Assembly (NCBI GenBank): GCA_977862235.1
Contig: OZ374564.1
Span: forward strand, 186,001-250,000
Length of the DNA stretch: 64,000 bases
From: Dudresnaya verticillata
Lineage: Eukaryota
Reading direction: 5' to 3'
In this document: positions 10,367-21,719 of the stretch, piece after piece
How positions within the stretch are numbered: the stretch's first letter is position 1
How the letters are laid out: each line of letters begins with the position of its first letter
Made by a program: the position numbers and the translations under genes
Notes under the pieces: generated by a model
What the model saw: the letters and a program-made list of their open reading frames with translations, nothing else
What the model was told of the DNA's origin: nothing
Database searches by the model: none

Positions 10367-11287
10367 AAACAGAAAAGTATGTGTTGCTGTGGTTCTCTAC
10401 AAGAGGGCAAGCAACAGCAGTTTGCGAAATCCTTTCCAACATTAGAGAAATCACCCTTGACATGCTGAGGTAGTTGTTGCCATACCCCAAGTTGCGTGGT
10501 AAACAAACATAGTCACCCTGGATGCGTTTGGCTTCGGTGAACACAATGTATCCGGACATTGCGAATAGCAGCTGCCTGCCAGGATATTGCGCTGATCTGT
10601 GTTCTGTAGATCTCCACTCCATTGAATTTCTTTTCTCCTCACCGTGCCGCTTTTGCTCCTCTGCAGACGGGCACTTTAATTGCACCGCCATCACAGAAAG
10701 CGTGACGGTTTGACCTTCAGCACTGCGAACGGTACAGGAATTTGGATTCCCTGCCGGCTCCCCGTCCAGTTTCACAATAGTTTGGAGAAGGTGCAACGCA
10801 GGGCCTCAGCTGTGAAACAAAACGGGTACTGCACAGTAGAACCGAAACATGCAACACTGAGCAGTTCTACAATGCCGCATCTTACGGTACTGCAAATATT
10901 TCTACTTGGCACTCACACGGAAGGGTACCCTTAGGCCTGTCGTAAGGTAGTGCTATGTGAAAGGTGGTGTTTTGTAAATACTCGAATTATGGCTTGCGGA
11001 ATGCACTGCATTGGGACATTGGGGCACCCATTAAATTGCAACATTCATCTCCAAGTTGAGAGTTCGGTGGCGCACAACTTTTGACACATAAGTGACGCTC
11101 TACGCGAAGGTACGGATAGCGCCACTCCAGAGCCCAGAAAAAGCGACTCTTGAATACAAGTAGTTCAGCGGCCTTGAGGACAACCATCTATGCAAGACCC
11201 CTTTCCGTGACTTCCCAAGACGCCATTCGCTACCTCAACATCAGAGAATGCTAACTTGAAGCACCTTTTCACCACCTGGTGACACAA

Positions 11288-11330
11288 ACACACACACACA
11301 CACACACACTCTCTCTCTCTCTCTCTCTCT
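11288..11330. repeat. Compound (AC)n(TC)n microsatellite
   Basis: Read directly, about 80 nt upstream of ATG 11411. Confidence 0.9.
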
Positions 11331-11410
11331 TCCTCTTTCTCGCTTTCGTCCACGCTTGCTCTCAGAACCCAAAGCATCGAAAGAATTCGATTCGCTTCAA
11401 ACGTACCAAG

Positions 11411-12376
11411 ATGAATGCCAAAATCGCAACGCTCAACCTGCGGAGGCGTGATTCATCCGATTTGGAGCAAATCGACATCTCTGCTTCGGGGCCAACCTCA
11501 AAGTTCTACGCGAGATTCGCCAAGAAGGGACGAGCATGGAACACCTTACCTTTTGTAACCCCTCAGGATAACTTTCTGGACGAGGAAGACCTCAACTCGA
11601 TCTGCAAATCTTGGTGCATGGGTATGAGATTCTTCATTGCATGCCGTGCGGCCTTGTTTCAATACCTCTTTGCCTCTTTTGTTGTCCTCATCACGCGAGA
11701 TGGTCTTCAGTTTTTTCCATTGTCGATGTTTGTTTACGCCATTCAACTTAGTGCTGCTTTCGCGGCATGTTGCTCCAGTTGCGTTTTCCTATGGTCATCT
11801 GAAAGGGACATTCGGGATAGGAGGGGTTATCTGACACCTCCCGCAGACAAGAGTCAAACGCGCGCGAATTTTCACCCATCCCGCGTATCTCGAGTGATCA
11901 ACCGGCTTAGGAGATCAGTTGGTGAAAACGCCAAAACCGCTCTACTTGTGTTCTCTGCGATGATGGCACAAAACGCTGCCACCATAGTGGTGTATTGGGA
12001 TCTGTTATTCTGGACAAGCGGTCCAGACGCGGACATTGAGAATATGATTTCCTCTCGCAAGATAGATTTTGTGCTTCTTCATTTGTACAATCTAATTCCA
12101 ATCCTCTTTGAGCTCCTCTTCAGTTGCACTGTGTTCAAGCTGATTTATTTTGTTCCCGGAGTTGCAATCGTGGCTGGAATTCTACTGCGTGTGAGTATAG
12201 CCCCGGAAAACTCGACGCGTGCTGGGGAGGAGTTATACTTTGTCACCGGTATCAACTTGCATAGTCTACCAGAGACGCTTTCAATGCCATTCGTCCAGTT
12301 ATCAATCATTTTCGTAACCGTATGCAGTGGAATGCTGTTGTTTCAGAGAATGAAGCGCAGAGCCTTTGAAAGATAG
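11411..12376 (+). CDS. Multi-pass membrane protein, possibly rolling-stone or FAR-17a/AIG1-like
   Basis: 321 aa from ATG 11411, about 6 hydrophobic segments. TIVVYWDLL and LHLYNLIPILFELL recall the YW and H..N motifs of that family; the family call is tentative. Confidence 0.6.
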   Translation: MNAKIATLNLRRRDSSDLEQIDISASGPTSKFYARFAKKGRAWNTLPFVTPQDNFLDEEDLNSICKSWCMGMRFFIACRAALFQYLFASFVVLITRDGLQFFPLSMFVYAIQLSAAFAACCSSCVFLWSSERDIRDRRGYLTPPADKSQTRANFHPSRVSRVINRLRRSVGENAKTALLVFSAMMAQNAATIVVYWDLLFWTSGPDADIENMISSRKIDFVLLHLYNLIPILFELLFSCTVFKLIYFVPGVAIVAGILLRVSIAPENSTRAGEELYFVTGINLHSLPETLSMPFVQLSIIFVTVCSGMLLFQRMKRRAFER

Positions 12377-14330
12377 GATGTGTAGATTCTCAACACGGCA
12401 CTTCACTATGACGCAGTTTGTTTTGGGCAGTTATAAAGTGGCTCCAAACTCAAAGATTGGTGGTGGGCCTCTTCCGTATTTCTGTATTTATTGGCGCAGC
12501 GAAGCAGAGAAAAAGGGCCCAGGGTAGAACGGAATGCCTAGGAGTAAGAAAACGTAATGAGGTTTCATTGCGGAACTGCACGGTAGGTTTTCCCGGAAAA
12601 CGCAAGAGCGGCCCTGTTGTGCTACAGGCCCGCAACCGTTGTAATCAGAACGAAAAAGACTTAATTGTTTCCAACAATCCCGAGTGTAATGACGAATAGC
12701 TATGACTGAACACAGGACAGCAGATGGAACTTTGTTTGCCCTTTTCTCTTGTTTCCCGTTCCGAAGACGCCGTGCTGACTGTTTGGACAACGGAAAACAA
12801 GTCCATAAGACGTCCCAGAAAGGTCTGTACGGAGTAGGCTAAATTGGGCAGCTTGGCAAAATAACATGGAAAAGGTGAATGAATACATGCGGTGCGTGAT
12901 TATCGTACGCACATATTCTTGGACAAAGGTAGGAGCCCCTTCTTAGCCAAACTGCCCAAGTTGCTACGTAATCCGGAATCGATATGTTGTGATCTGACAA
13001 GGTTTTTTGATGCATAGCGGTCGTATGTGCAATAAGATATATATGATATAGCTTGGTCGTACAGCGAGCGTCTGGTGTGTCCATCTTTAAAAGATATGGA
13101 GTAGGATAGACTCAAAAGTGTTTCTAAGAAAAGCGCTCCCTTACGTACTGTTGTTGTGCAACAAAACGTTATGTCGAGAGCGTATATGAAGAAATTTCCG
13201 TAAGGGCTCCAGACGATGGCGCGGGGAGCTTTTTGACATAAAGTTTTAAGTAAGGGATGGACTGCAAAGTCTATGCTCCGAGCTTGAGGGGAGGTTGGAG
13301 CGCATGCATTCTGAATTGACCTACTGTGTCTACCTCTCTCATCAATGGCCGGCGCCAACTCAACCCCACCGCCGTGGCAACACCGACAAGAAATTACAGA
13401 AATTCAGAATTTCTACTGGACCGGTACAACCTGGCGGCAGTAAGACTATCGAAGCTGTGAGTGCTCATTGCGCTCGGTCAGTGCTGCGCGTGTGGACGGA
13501 CGTACATGTGTACGAAGCAGCGAAGCTTCAAAGCTCAGCACAGTCCCTACCTGCGGCCAGCAGTGCTATGAGTACCGCGCTGTAGGCCTACACACACTGC
13601 CGCCAGTCCCTGTCCAGAACAGGGACTTCCTGGCCACGGCAGGGGCTTCCCTGGCGTCGACTGCGGCGAGCTACAATAGCATTGAGTGCACTGCCCTCTC
13701 TGGTTGCAATCAAGATGGAATAGCACATGGTCAGTTTTCCGCTTCTTTCGCAGGCGAAGGATGACGCGCGCTGGAGCAGCAAAACTGGAGAAAGCCGTAA
13801 ACATGACGCATTGTGTGGCAGTAGGAGCGACTGCTGCTGTCCGACTTTGGTTGGCGCACTGCTCCACTCCCTAAGTCGTCTGTCAGTACAGCAGAAAATA
13901 CAGATCCCGCGAGCGACGTCTAAGGTTACATTTTTATGTAATTGTTATTCCGCTGCGTCGGCCGCGTTCATTCTGATCCACGCACACCAGTGCCGAGCAT
14001 TTCCACGCCTCTTGCTCATTCAGCTTTGACGGAGATGGAGGAAAGGAGACTATTCCCTTGGGCCACATTGTGCTCGCAGCAAACGATAAATGCAAGCCCG
14101 CCCCCGTCACTCTGCACTTGCGTTTTGCTTGCAAACTCTTCTGCCCCATACAGAGCAAAAATCTATTCCACATACTTCGTGTGCACATCCACTCCTAATG
14201 CCTCCCAGGGATCCTCCATTGCCACCTCAAAAACTGTCATTAGACATTCATGCTCGCCTCTTCTTTACGATCTTTCTAAACGCCATATAAATATGTACTC
14301 GACCGGTCAACAAAAACAAATGTATCAGCC

Positions 14331-17300
14331 CTAATTGGCCGGTGACCGAACAATCGTGCTCGTCTTGCTACTTCCATCTGCGATTCCATTGCTGCGGGCG
14401 TCCACACCGCTCTTCGACCGGTCTGACGTGGATGCAAAACGAACTCCAACTTGGCTTCGTAGCGATTTTCTTGGCAGTCCCACGTTTTCCACAATCTTTC
14501 GCATTGACGCCTTACGCTGTCCGACCCCGTTGCCTTCAAAGTCAAGAGGTACGGACCGCCGAATCTTTCCACGTCCGCCTTCGTACATAGACCCGCTGTT
14601 GTTCTGAGCCAGTGTCTGGTTGATGTTGTCCAAGCTCTTGACAGGGCTTTCTCCAAACGCATACATCTTACGTGTACCTGGCGTCATGATACTGCTGCCA
14701 GCTGCCCGGCGTCCAGGGGACTGTCGAATTGCAACGAGTGACCGGCCCCCGGGGCTCATTGGCGATACCGTCACCCGTCCGATTCTTCTCGGTGATGCAT
14801 GAGGGCGCAGCATCCGCATCGGAGAACTCATCACCTTTTCATTCAGTGTGTCTCTCCTGTCACCGGACATCAGCCGACTGCTTTCGCTGCTACCTGGACC
14901 GCCAGAAAGAACGCTATTCGTCGCACTTGCGGGGTATCCCATCGAAGACCTTTGCAAAGCTTCTGCAGAAGACGTCCCAGGACCGACTAGGTTTCTTACA
15001 GACATGACGCCGGAAGCAATATGGCCTGCATGCACTTGGAATTGCAATATATAGGCCTTCATGGCATGGATGAACACTTGGTTGTACAGCTTGATGATGT
15101 CACCGCGCATGGGCTTTCCTTCTGTCGTCTTGCTTGCCCGTTGTACACTTGCTGCCGACTCCTCGGCAGCAGGCATCAGATTCAAATGGGATTCAAGCGA
15201 TACATCCCGGAAGACACCCGGCACCATGTGAGAAAATGATGGTTCACGGACATGTGACATGGTCTGATATGCTTGAATGATTTCTCTAAACTTGAGCTCA
15301 TATCGTCTCACCTTGGCCACTCCATACACACAGCACATGATGACCTGGTCCAAATGCCTATCAACCATCAGGTGCCACCGTTCCCAAACCCCATACTTGA
15401 TCGAAGCCCACACTGGTTCCGCAATGGCATCCATGCCGAGGCGGATGAGCAGTTCTTGTGCCCTTTCTGATGCAACCGAGAGCAGCCTCCTGAAGAAATA
15501 TTCCAAGGTAAACTCCCTCACTGCGTTCTGGGGCACCGGTGCTTCTGCTCTTTCCGAACAAGTATCTCCGGCGTCCGTCACAGTCGACTCCGGATCATTA
15601 CTATTTGAGTCCTTGGCTGGCATGCTGACAGCAGCGGCCTTGCTGTTCTCATCCGCCTTTTCAAGGGCTCTCTTGCGAAGATCTTTCACAAGTTTTGAAT
15701 CGGCCTTCCAAGCCATCGCCTCCAGGACGCGATTACCGCAAATCATGATGTGGCTTGCAAGTTGCCTAGGCATATCCGGAAGCAAGACGAACGACTCGAT
15801 CGCCTTGACAAAATCAAGCGGCGGTTCTTCAAAAGCGGTGATGGCTGCTGTGAAGACGGTGAGGTCTCTCCGACCATAAGCGGCCGATGTAACCTCCCAA
15901 GAGCACAGTAAGATACTCTTATGCATCGAGGTAGCCTTGACAAGGTTGTCAACAATCCACCCGGGCTTATTCTTCAAACGTTGGGCCTCTTTCACAAGAA
16001 TATTCTCCAAGGAAGCAAAGAACACGGCAAGGGCCTCGCGCTTCCGTTCCACGCCAGCCAGGTGTGGGACTGCCTTGGCAAGCTGATCGGAGAGGTTACG
16101 GACAAACTGGACAATCTCAACCCACCGGGCGGGGTCCTTCACGACTTCCTTCAATGAGTCTGTCGGCTTCACCTGGTCTGGTGGGCACGTGAGACAGTGG
16201 AGCTCGTCGTTTGTCTCCGGGCGGGCATCCGCAAGACGGTGGAGCCAGGCGACAGCGGCACAACCGGCGGACATAGGCGTGCTTGGAGGGATGCGGACGC
16301 GCGGTGCAGGGGCTGCGGGGACAGCCGGGGAGTGGGGTGCGGATGATGCGACAGCGGCAAGCGCATCCAAGGCGTCTGCTCCACGAGCCGGTCGGATGAA
16401 GCGGGAGAACCGGGACGGTCGCGGGGTGAGGGCCATCTTCTCACGGAGAAGATCGGCGCGAGTGCGCGGGGTTTGCGCCAAGGCGGGCGGGAGGGGCATG
16501 CGACGCTTGCGCGACGGCGAGCGTAGCGGCTGGGGCGGGTGGGCATGCGAGGGCGATGGTGGGCCAGCAGGTCCGTGTGTGGAGGCAAGGCGCGGGGTTG
16601 GCGGGGTGGCCGGTGGGGTGTCCGGTGAGGAGAGCAAGTGTGGAGCGTCGATGAAGACGCGCTCGTCCGGGAGGAGGCGGTGGGTAGAGGTTGCCAGCAG
16701 GGCGGCATACTCCAAGTCGAGGGCGTGGCACATGGGGGAGAGGTCATTTCCGTGGAGCGGGAGGAGGGCGCGGATGGAGGGTGGGAGGCCGGGAAGAAGG
16801 AGTGCTCGGTAGCGGTCGATCTCGGTCGGGACCGCCGAGGTTGGGGCGGCGAGGTGCGAGGTGGGTGGAGACGGGATGACAAGGCCCGACTCTGCGAGGG
16901 TGGCCAAGAGGAGGTGGAGTGCGTTGACCGGAGGGAGCGGGGTGGCCGGGTCCGGTGCGAGGTGTGCCTTTGCGACGAGGAAGAGAAGCCATGCTGCGCG
17001 GGTGGCGGACGCGTCCGCGGCGTGCAGTAGGTTGGGGCGGGCAAAGAGGTCGCCGAGCTTGCGGAAGAGGTCTGCCGAGAGCATGAACGCGCGGTGCGAG
17101 GCGTGGACGAGCGGAGCCGGGTTGACCGGGGGCGGATGCGGGAGCAGGGTGGAGGCGTCTGCGGCGATGAGCTTTGCGCGGCGGAAGAAGTCGGTGATGA
17201 GGAGCTGGCCGCCCGCGGCGGCCAGCAGGGCCGAGAGCGGGAGGGTTGGAGGGGCGCGCGACGAGGCCAGGGCGACGTAGATGGCGCAGGCGGCGAAGTA

Positions 17301-17438
17301 TGTGTCCGTGCATGAGGCCGGGGTGGTGGCCGAGAGGATGGAGGCGGAAAGGGAGACGACGCGGGGCGGGAGCGAGAGCTTTGCGGCTAGGCGGTGCAGC
17401 TCGGACGCGGCACGGCGCGGGGTGGGCGGGGTGGGCAT
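14331..17438 (-). CDS. RBR: Retinoblastoma-related protein
   Basis: Pocket A (HKSILLCSWEV, DFVKAIESFV, VLEAMAW), pocket B (LMVDRHLDQVIMCCVYGVAKV, KFREIIQAY, GDIIKLYNQVF), many S/T-P CDK sites. Start taken at ATG 17438 (MPTPPTP). Confidence 0.93.
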   Translation of the reverse strand: MPTPPTPRRAASELHRLAAKLSLPPRVVSLSASILSATTPASCTDTYFAACAIYVALASSRAPPTLPLSALLAAAGGQLLITDFFRRAKLIAADASTLLPHPPPVNPAPLVHASHRAFMLSADLFRKLGDLFARPNLLHAADASATRAAWLLFLVAKAHLAPDPATPLPPVNALHLLLATLAESGLVIPSPPTSHLAAPTSAVPTEIDRYRALLLPGLPPSIRALLPLHGNDLSPMCHALDLEYAALLATSTHRLLPDERVFIDAPHLLSSPDTPPATPPTPRLASTHGPAGPPSPSHAHPPQPLRSPSRKRRMPLPPALAQTPRTRADLLREKMALTPRPSRFSRFIRPARGADALDALAAVASSAPHSPAVPAAPAPRVRIPPSTPMSAGCAAVAWLHRLADARPETNDELHCLTCPPDQVKPTDSLKEVVKDPARWVEIVQFVRNLSDQLAKAVPHLAGVERKREALAVFFASLENILVKEAQRLKNKPGWIVDNLVKATSMHKSILLCSWEVTSAAYGRRDLTVFTAAITAFEEPPLDFVKAIESFVLLPDMPRQLASHIMICGNRVLEAMAWKADSKLVKDLRKRALEKADENSKAAAVSMPAKDSNSNDPESTVTDAGDTCSERAEAPVPQNAVREFTLEYFFRRLLSVASERAQELLIRLGMDAIAEPVWASIKYGVWERWHLMVDRHLDQVIMCCVYGVAKVRRYELKFREIIQAYQTMSHVREPSFSHMVPGVFRDVSLESHLNLMPAAEESAASVQRASKTTEGKPMRGDIIKLYNQVFIHAMKAYILQFQVHAGHIASGVMSVRNLVGPGTSSAEALQRSSMGYPASATNSVLSGGPGSSESSRLMSGDRRDTLNEKVMSSPMRMLRPHASPRRIGRVTVSPMSPGGRSLVAIRQSPGRRAAGSSIMTPGTRKMYAFGESPVKSLDNINQTLAQNNSGSMYEGGRGKIRRSVPLDFEGNGVGQRKASMRKIVENVGLPRKSLRSQVGVRFASTSDRSKSGVDARSNGIADGSSKTSTIVRSPAN

Positions 17439-18071
17439 GGCGAAGGGGGGGGGGGGGGGGGGGGGGGTGGGTGGGAGGGGGAGAAGGGGGGAGGTAGGAG
17501 GTGAGAAGGGCAAGGGGGAGAGGGGGGGGGGACGGGAGCGCGGGTGTGGTGTGGTGCGGTGCGGGTGACTTGTGCGTGCGTGCGCTGTGCATGCGCAGCG
17601 GGGAGTATGAGCGCGTGTGGTGCGTCGATTCCCGCCTTTTCCGCGAGGTCGCGCCAGTGCCGCCAGGCGCCGCACGGTGCTGCTGTTGCGGCGCGCGGCG
17701 CATGTGCGCCTCGCGGAGCCTTTTCGCTCTGCGTTCCCGCGCTTTCTGAAAACCGCCGCGCAATTCCCGAAAACAGAACCGAAAACCGAACAATTTCCCC
17801 AAATGTCCCCGTCACGTCGCGGTTGTGTCTGTCGCTGTTGCATCATTATTGCCCGTCAGCCCCGCCACGCGCTCTCTCTCTCACTCGCTCCCACACACTC
17901 CCTCACAATCAGCCTCGCCCGCTCTGGATTGCTGTCGCGCTGCCCGTCCCTCCGACCCACCTCCGCCCCGTCCGCCCCCCACCCCCGCCGCACCTCCCTT
18001 GCGCCCTCCACCCCCACCAGCCCGGCATCCCGGCATGCCCCCGGCTGCCGTGCTCCACTAGCTCCCCCCAC

Positions 18072-21000
18072 ATGCCCCCGTCCGCGCCGCGCCGCGCCCC
18101 TGGAACCCCGTCCTCCGACTCGTGGGGCGACTTCACCGCCGCCCCGACCGCCCCGCCCGCCCCCCCATCCCGTGATGCTCCTCCGCGCCCCACCGCGCCC
18201 GCCCCCGCCGAATCCGCACCCTTCGATGCCGCCCCGCGTCCCACCGCTTCCGCGCCGCCCGTCGCCGCCGCGCCAGACCCCACCCCGCTGCAGGGCTTCG
18301 ACAACCTCGACCCTGTCCAGCGCTACGCCCTGGGCGCCGTCGCCGTCGTCCTGCTGACCCAGCGCGCCACAGACCTCAACGGCCTCTCCTTCGCCCGCGC
18401 CCACGCAGTCACAATCCTCACCGCCCTCGGTCTACGCGAAGGCCAGCAGACCGCGCTGCTCGCTCTGGAGCCGGACCGCGACTCGGCTCGCGCCGTCGTA
18501 CGCCAGTGCGCCCTCCTCGTCGGCGACGATGCCCACCGCTTCGCCGCCGTCCAGGCCATCCTCGCCCTCGCCGTTGCCAACGGCGCGTATGACGCTCGCT
18601 CGCGCGCATTCCTCGCCGCCGTCGCAGCCGCCTTCGGCATCTCCTGGCGCGCCGTGGCCGCCGTCGAGCTTGCCGTCGCCGTCCAGCTCTGGGATGCTGC
18701 AGCTGCAGAGGCTGACCGCCGCGCCGCTGAGGAGCTCGCCACCGCTGCCAACGTGGAGAATACCCCTGCACCCAACCACGCGTCGGCCGCCTCCGTGCCT
18801 GCTTCGCCTGCGGTCGCCGCCCCGCGCACCGTCGATGAGCTGCTGATCGCGCGCAGGAAAAAAAAGATGCGCTACCGGAAGGCTGTCAAGATTGGTAGCA
18901 TCACCCTTGTGGGCGGCATGCTCTTCGGCTTGACAGGCGGTCTCATCGCTCCGGCCTTGCTTTCTGCCCTGGCCGGCGTGGGCGTCGCGAGCGCCGCGGG
19001 CCTGGCTGCTTCAGGCACGCTTGCATCTGGCGCTGTCGTGGGCGGCCTGTTTGGTGTAGCTGGCGCCGGTTTCACTGTCAAGAAGGCTCGCAACCGAGTC
19101 AGTACTAATTTGGAAGAGTTTGACTTTGAGCGACCGGATGACCCCCGCGTTATCGAGGAACGTAAGAGGAAGGCTGACCGTCAGCGCCGGAAGATGGAAA
19201 AGCTCATTGCTGCCAGGCTGAAAGAGGAGGCTGAGGCTAATGCACGCCTGGCTATCGAGGCTGCTGGTACAGGTCCAGAAGGCCAAGAGAAGCGTCTTGA
19301 CCCGGAGAAGGAGCTTCCGCGTCCCCCAGAGGAGAGTGACAAGGATACCGACCCCGAGGACGAGGATGAGCACAAGAAGCACGGCTTCTTTTCGACCTCA
19401 AAGGGGAAGAAGGGACACCAGAAGAAGAAGAAGCGCGTTAAGCAAAAAGTTGGCGCTCGCGGGCTTGCGGCGGCCGGGCAGATACCGGGGCTGCACGTTT
19501 GTATATGTGTGCCGGCGTGGTTAACTGAAAAGGCTTATGGAGCTGCGCTTGACCAGTTTGAGCCGGCGTTGAAGCAGGAGCTTCCGTGCTCGCAGCACAT
19601 CGCACTACGCTGGGAATCACGACGGCTCTACGAGATGGGTCTGGCGTTCGCAAAATTTTGGGCCTCTAAGGCCACCGTTACTACTGTTCAGCAAGCTTAT
19701 CCTCATGTTGTTGCTGCTGCTTCTACCGTCGCGGGAGCTGTTGCATTTGCGTTTGCCATGCCGCTTACTATCATGTCATGCATGGATTATGTCGACAACC
19801 CGTGGTCTATTTTGGTTTCGCGATCGAACGGAGCTGGTGATGAACTGGCAGACGTACTTGTCGAGCGTAGTTATGGACAAAGACCGGTTTCCCTTTTTGG
19901 ATACTCGATTGGCGCGCGAGTGATTTTCAAATGTTTAGAGTCTTTGGCTTCAAGGGGGGCATTGGGCATTGTCGACAATGTATACGTTATGGGAGCCGCC
20001 ATTACAGCCGATCCAGAACGGTGGAAGAAGATTCGGCCTGTTGTGGCTGGACGTATCGTGAACGCATACGGGACATATGATATGGCACTCGCGTGCTTTC
20101 ATCGAGGATGCGGGCATGGTGTCTACATATCGGGCTTGCGTCGTGTGGAAGTTGAAGGGGTGGAGAATCTGAACATGGCGTATTTAGGTATTGAGGGACA
20201 TAGGGAACTGAAAGACTGCGTTCCGCGGGTGATGAAAGCCATGGGAGTCGGCCTTGGTTACATCACCATGCCTCCTGCCAGGCTGGTGAGACGAAGAGGT
20301 CGCACAAAAGGCAAGGGGCCGCGCAGTGACTCCCCCGTATGCGAGGAACCTGAACGGCTTGCAAATCGATCCAGGGAAAATTCCCGCAATAACAGCCCGC
20401 TCGACGCTGTACGAGACAGACAAGCCCATCCAGATTTATCTACCATGCGAAATGATAGCTTCTGGGAGTCGAACAGCCCTGTCAACGGTTCAAGGGATGA
20501 GGGACTGATAGTGGACGATGATGAGCTGACATTGCCTCCTCACATGGCTGCCCCCGAATCTTCAAGTTCCTTGGACGTATCTGTTAGTTCTGTGCAACTT
20601 CCAGCAAATGATGCAGCTGCGGTTGACATAGAATCATCCAAGAAGAAAAAGTCCAAGTCGTGGTTGTCGTGGGCAGCAGCGTCTGTGAGCAAATCCAAAT
20701 CGAAAACAAAGAGGGAGGATGTTGCAAAGTCTCAAACCGATTCAAATCCGGACGTGAGCGATGTAGCTTTAGATATACAATCAGTGACCTTGGAGGAGAT
20801 TACAGAGCAAGAAGTCATCCCTCAGGATGAGATGAGCAACGGGATAAGTGATTTTGCAAACATATATGATCAGCAGGCCTTTGAAGGCGAGTTGGACGCA
20901 GATATGCATATGCAAGGCGAACATGATGACGTTGCAGATGATGTGATGGCACTAGAAGATGACGATGATGATGCCGTCGAAGAATTTGACTGGGAAAAGC

Positions 21001-21719
21001 AACGGCGTATCTGGGAGGAGCAAGAAAAGCAAATGCAGGAACGTGGGTTTGCAGATTCGGCGGCTGAGATTGAAGCGAGGCACAAGGTAATCCTCGGAGT
21101 CGGTATCGAGGTTGCTGGAAGGCGTATATGTCGGTATCTCGAACAAGACGCTGATCTTCCTGTAGCCAGAAAAGAGGAGGTGTTTACCAACTGCTTGGAG
21201 GACCAGCGCGGCATGACCATTCGTGTGTATGAGCACGAGAGACGGACGAAATCGGTTTCAATCAATCCTCTGAAGCACGACGAGCAATACCCGAAACTGC
21301 TTGGGGAAATGGAAGTGCGTCTGAGCGAGGCAATGGTGAAGGGGAAGCTGCGCGTTTCCGTTGCGATGTGGGCTACTGAAGAAGGGGACATTTGCGCTGA
21401 GGCCGAAGAGCTCCTAGACGATGGGAGAACTGGACAGCGAGCGGAACTACAAGTACCAAGGTCTGAGCTATGTACAATGGCGGAACGAACAAGGCTGGAG
21501 GCCGCGGAGCGGAAGCGAACAGAGGCACGGATCCAGAAGGAATTACGTCAACGTGCTGCTACCGAAACGCTTGCTCTGCCTGCACCGGGAGATGATGACA
21601 AGGGTGCAGGCGAAGAAAGGAGGGAGCAAGGCGATCAGGTTGACGGGGAGGGCAAGTTGCGGGACGGTAAGGTGACTAATGGGAAGCATGCGGAGGTGGG
21701 GGTTGTATTGGAAATCTAA
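18072..21719 (+). CDS. DUF726/TMCO4 (Mil1-like) alpha/beta-hydrolase membrane protein with C-terminal Hsp70-SBD-like region
   Basis: YDARSR motif, GLTGGLIAP Gly/Ala TM block, LRWES, DNPW, RPVSLFGYSIGARVIFKCL (GxSxG), VVAGRIVNAY. Start at ATG 18072. Confidence 0.88.
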   Translation: MPPSAPRRAPGTPSSDSWGDFTAAPTAPPAPPSRDAPPRPTAPAPAESAPFDAAPRPTASAPPVAAAPDPTPLQGFDNLDPVQRYALGAVAVVLLTQRATDLNGLSFARAHAVTILTALGLREGQQTALLALEPDRDSARAVVRQCALLVGDDAHRFAAVQAILALAVANGAYDARSRAFLAAVAAAFGISWRAVAAVELAVAVQLWDAAAAEADRRAAEELATAANVENTPAPNHASAASVPASPAVAAPRTVDELLIARRKKKMRYRKAVKIGSITLVGGMLFGLTGGLIAPALLSALAGVGVASAAGLAASGTLASGAVVGGLFGVAGAGFTVKKARNRVSTNLEEFDFERPDDPRVIEERKRKADRQRRKMEKLIAARLKEEAEANARLAIEAAGTGPEGQEKRLDPEKELPRPPEESDKDTDPEDEDEHKKHGFFSTSKGKKGHQKKKKRVKQKVGARGLAAAGQIPGLHVCICVPAWLTEKAYGAALDQFEPALKQELPCSQHIALRWESRRLYEMGLAFAKFWASKATVTTVQQAYPHVVAAASTVAGAVAFAFAMPLTIMSCMDYVDNPWSILVSRSNGAGDELADVLVERSYGQRPVSLFGYSIGARVIFKCLESLASRGALGIVDNVYVMGAAITADPERWKKIRPVVAGRIVNAYGTYDMALACFHRGCGHGVYISGLRRVEVEGVENLNMAYLGIEGHRELKDCVPRVMKAMGVGLGYITMPPARLVRRRGRTKGKGPRSDSPVCEEPERLANRSRENSRNNSPLDAVRDRQAHPDLSTMRNDSFWESNSPVNGSRDEGLIVDDDELTLPPHMAAPESSSSLDVSVSSVQLPANDAAAVDIESSKKKKSKSWLSWAAASVSKSKSKTKREDVAKSQTDSNPDVSDVALDIQSVTLEEITEQEVIPQDEMSNGISDFANIYDQQAFEGELDADMHMQGEHDDVADDVMALEDDDDDAVEEFDWEKQRRIWEEQEKQMQERGFADSAAEIEARHKVILGVGIEVAGRRICRYLEQDADLPVARKEEVFTNCLEDQRGMTIRVYEHERRTKSVSINPLKHDEQYPKLLGEMEVRLSEAMVKGKLRVSVAMWATEEGDICAEAEELLDDGRTGQRAELQVPRSELCTMAERTRLEAAERKRTEARIQKELRQRAATETLALPAPGDDDKGAGEERREQGDQVDGEGKLRDGKVTNGKHAEVGVVLEI

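Noticed and set aside
12400..14300. Lower-GC intergenic blocks as transposon relics (also 28300-29400, 31300-33900, 51500-54200, 55700-56900)
   Set aside because: Short broken ORFs with no RT, integrase, transposase, LTR or TIR signature visible; a repeat-library search would be needed.
17439..18071. Overlapping 5' extensions of the RBR and DUF726 ORFs
   Set aside because: Low-complexity translations through a poly-G/C promoter with few stops; not credible overlapping genes.
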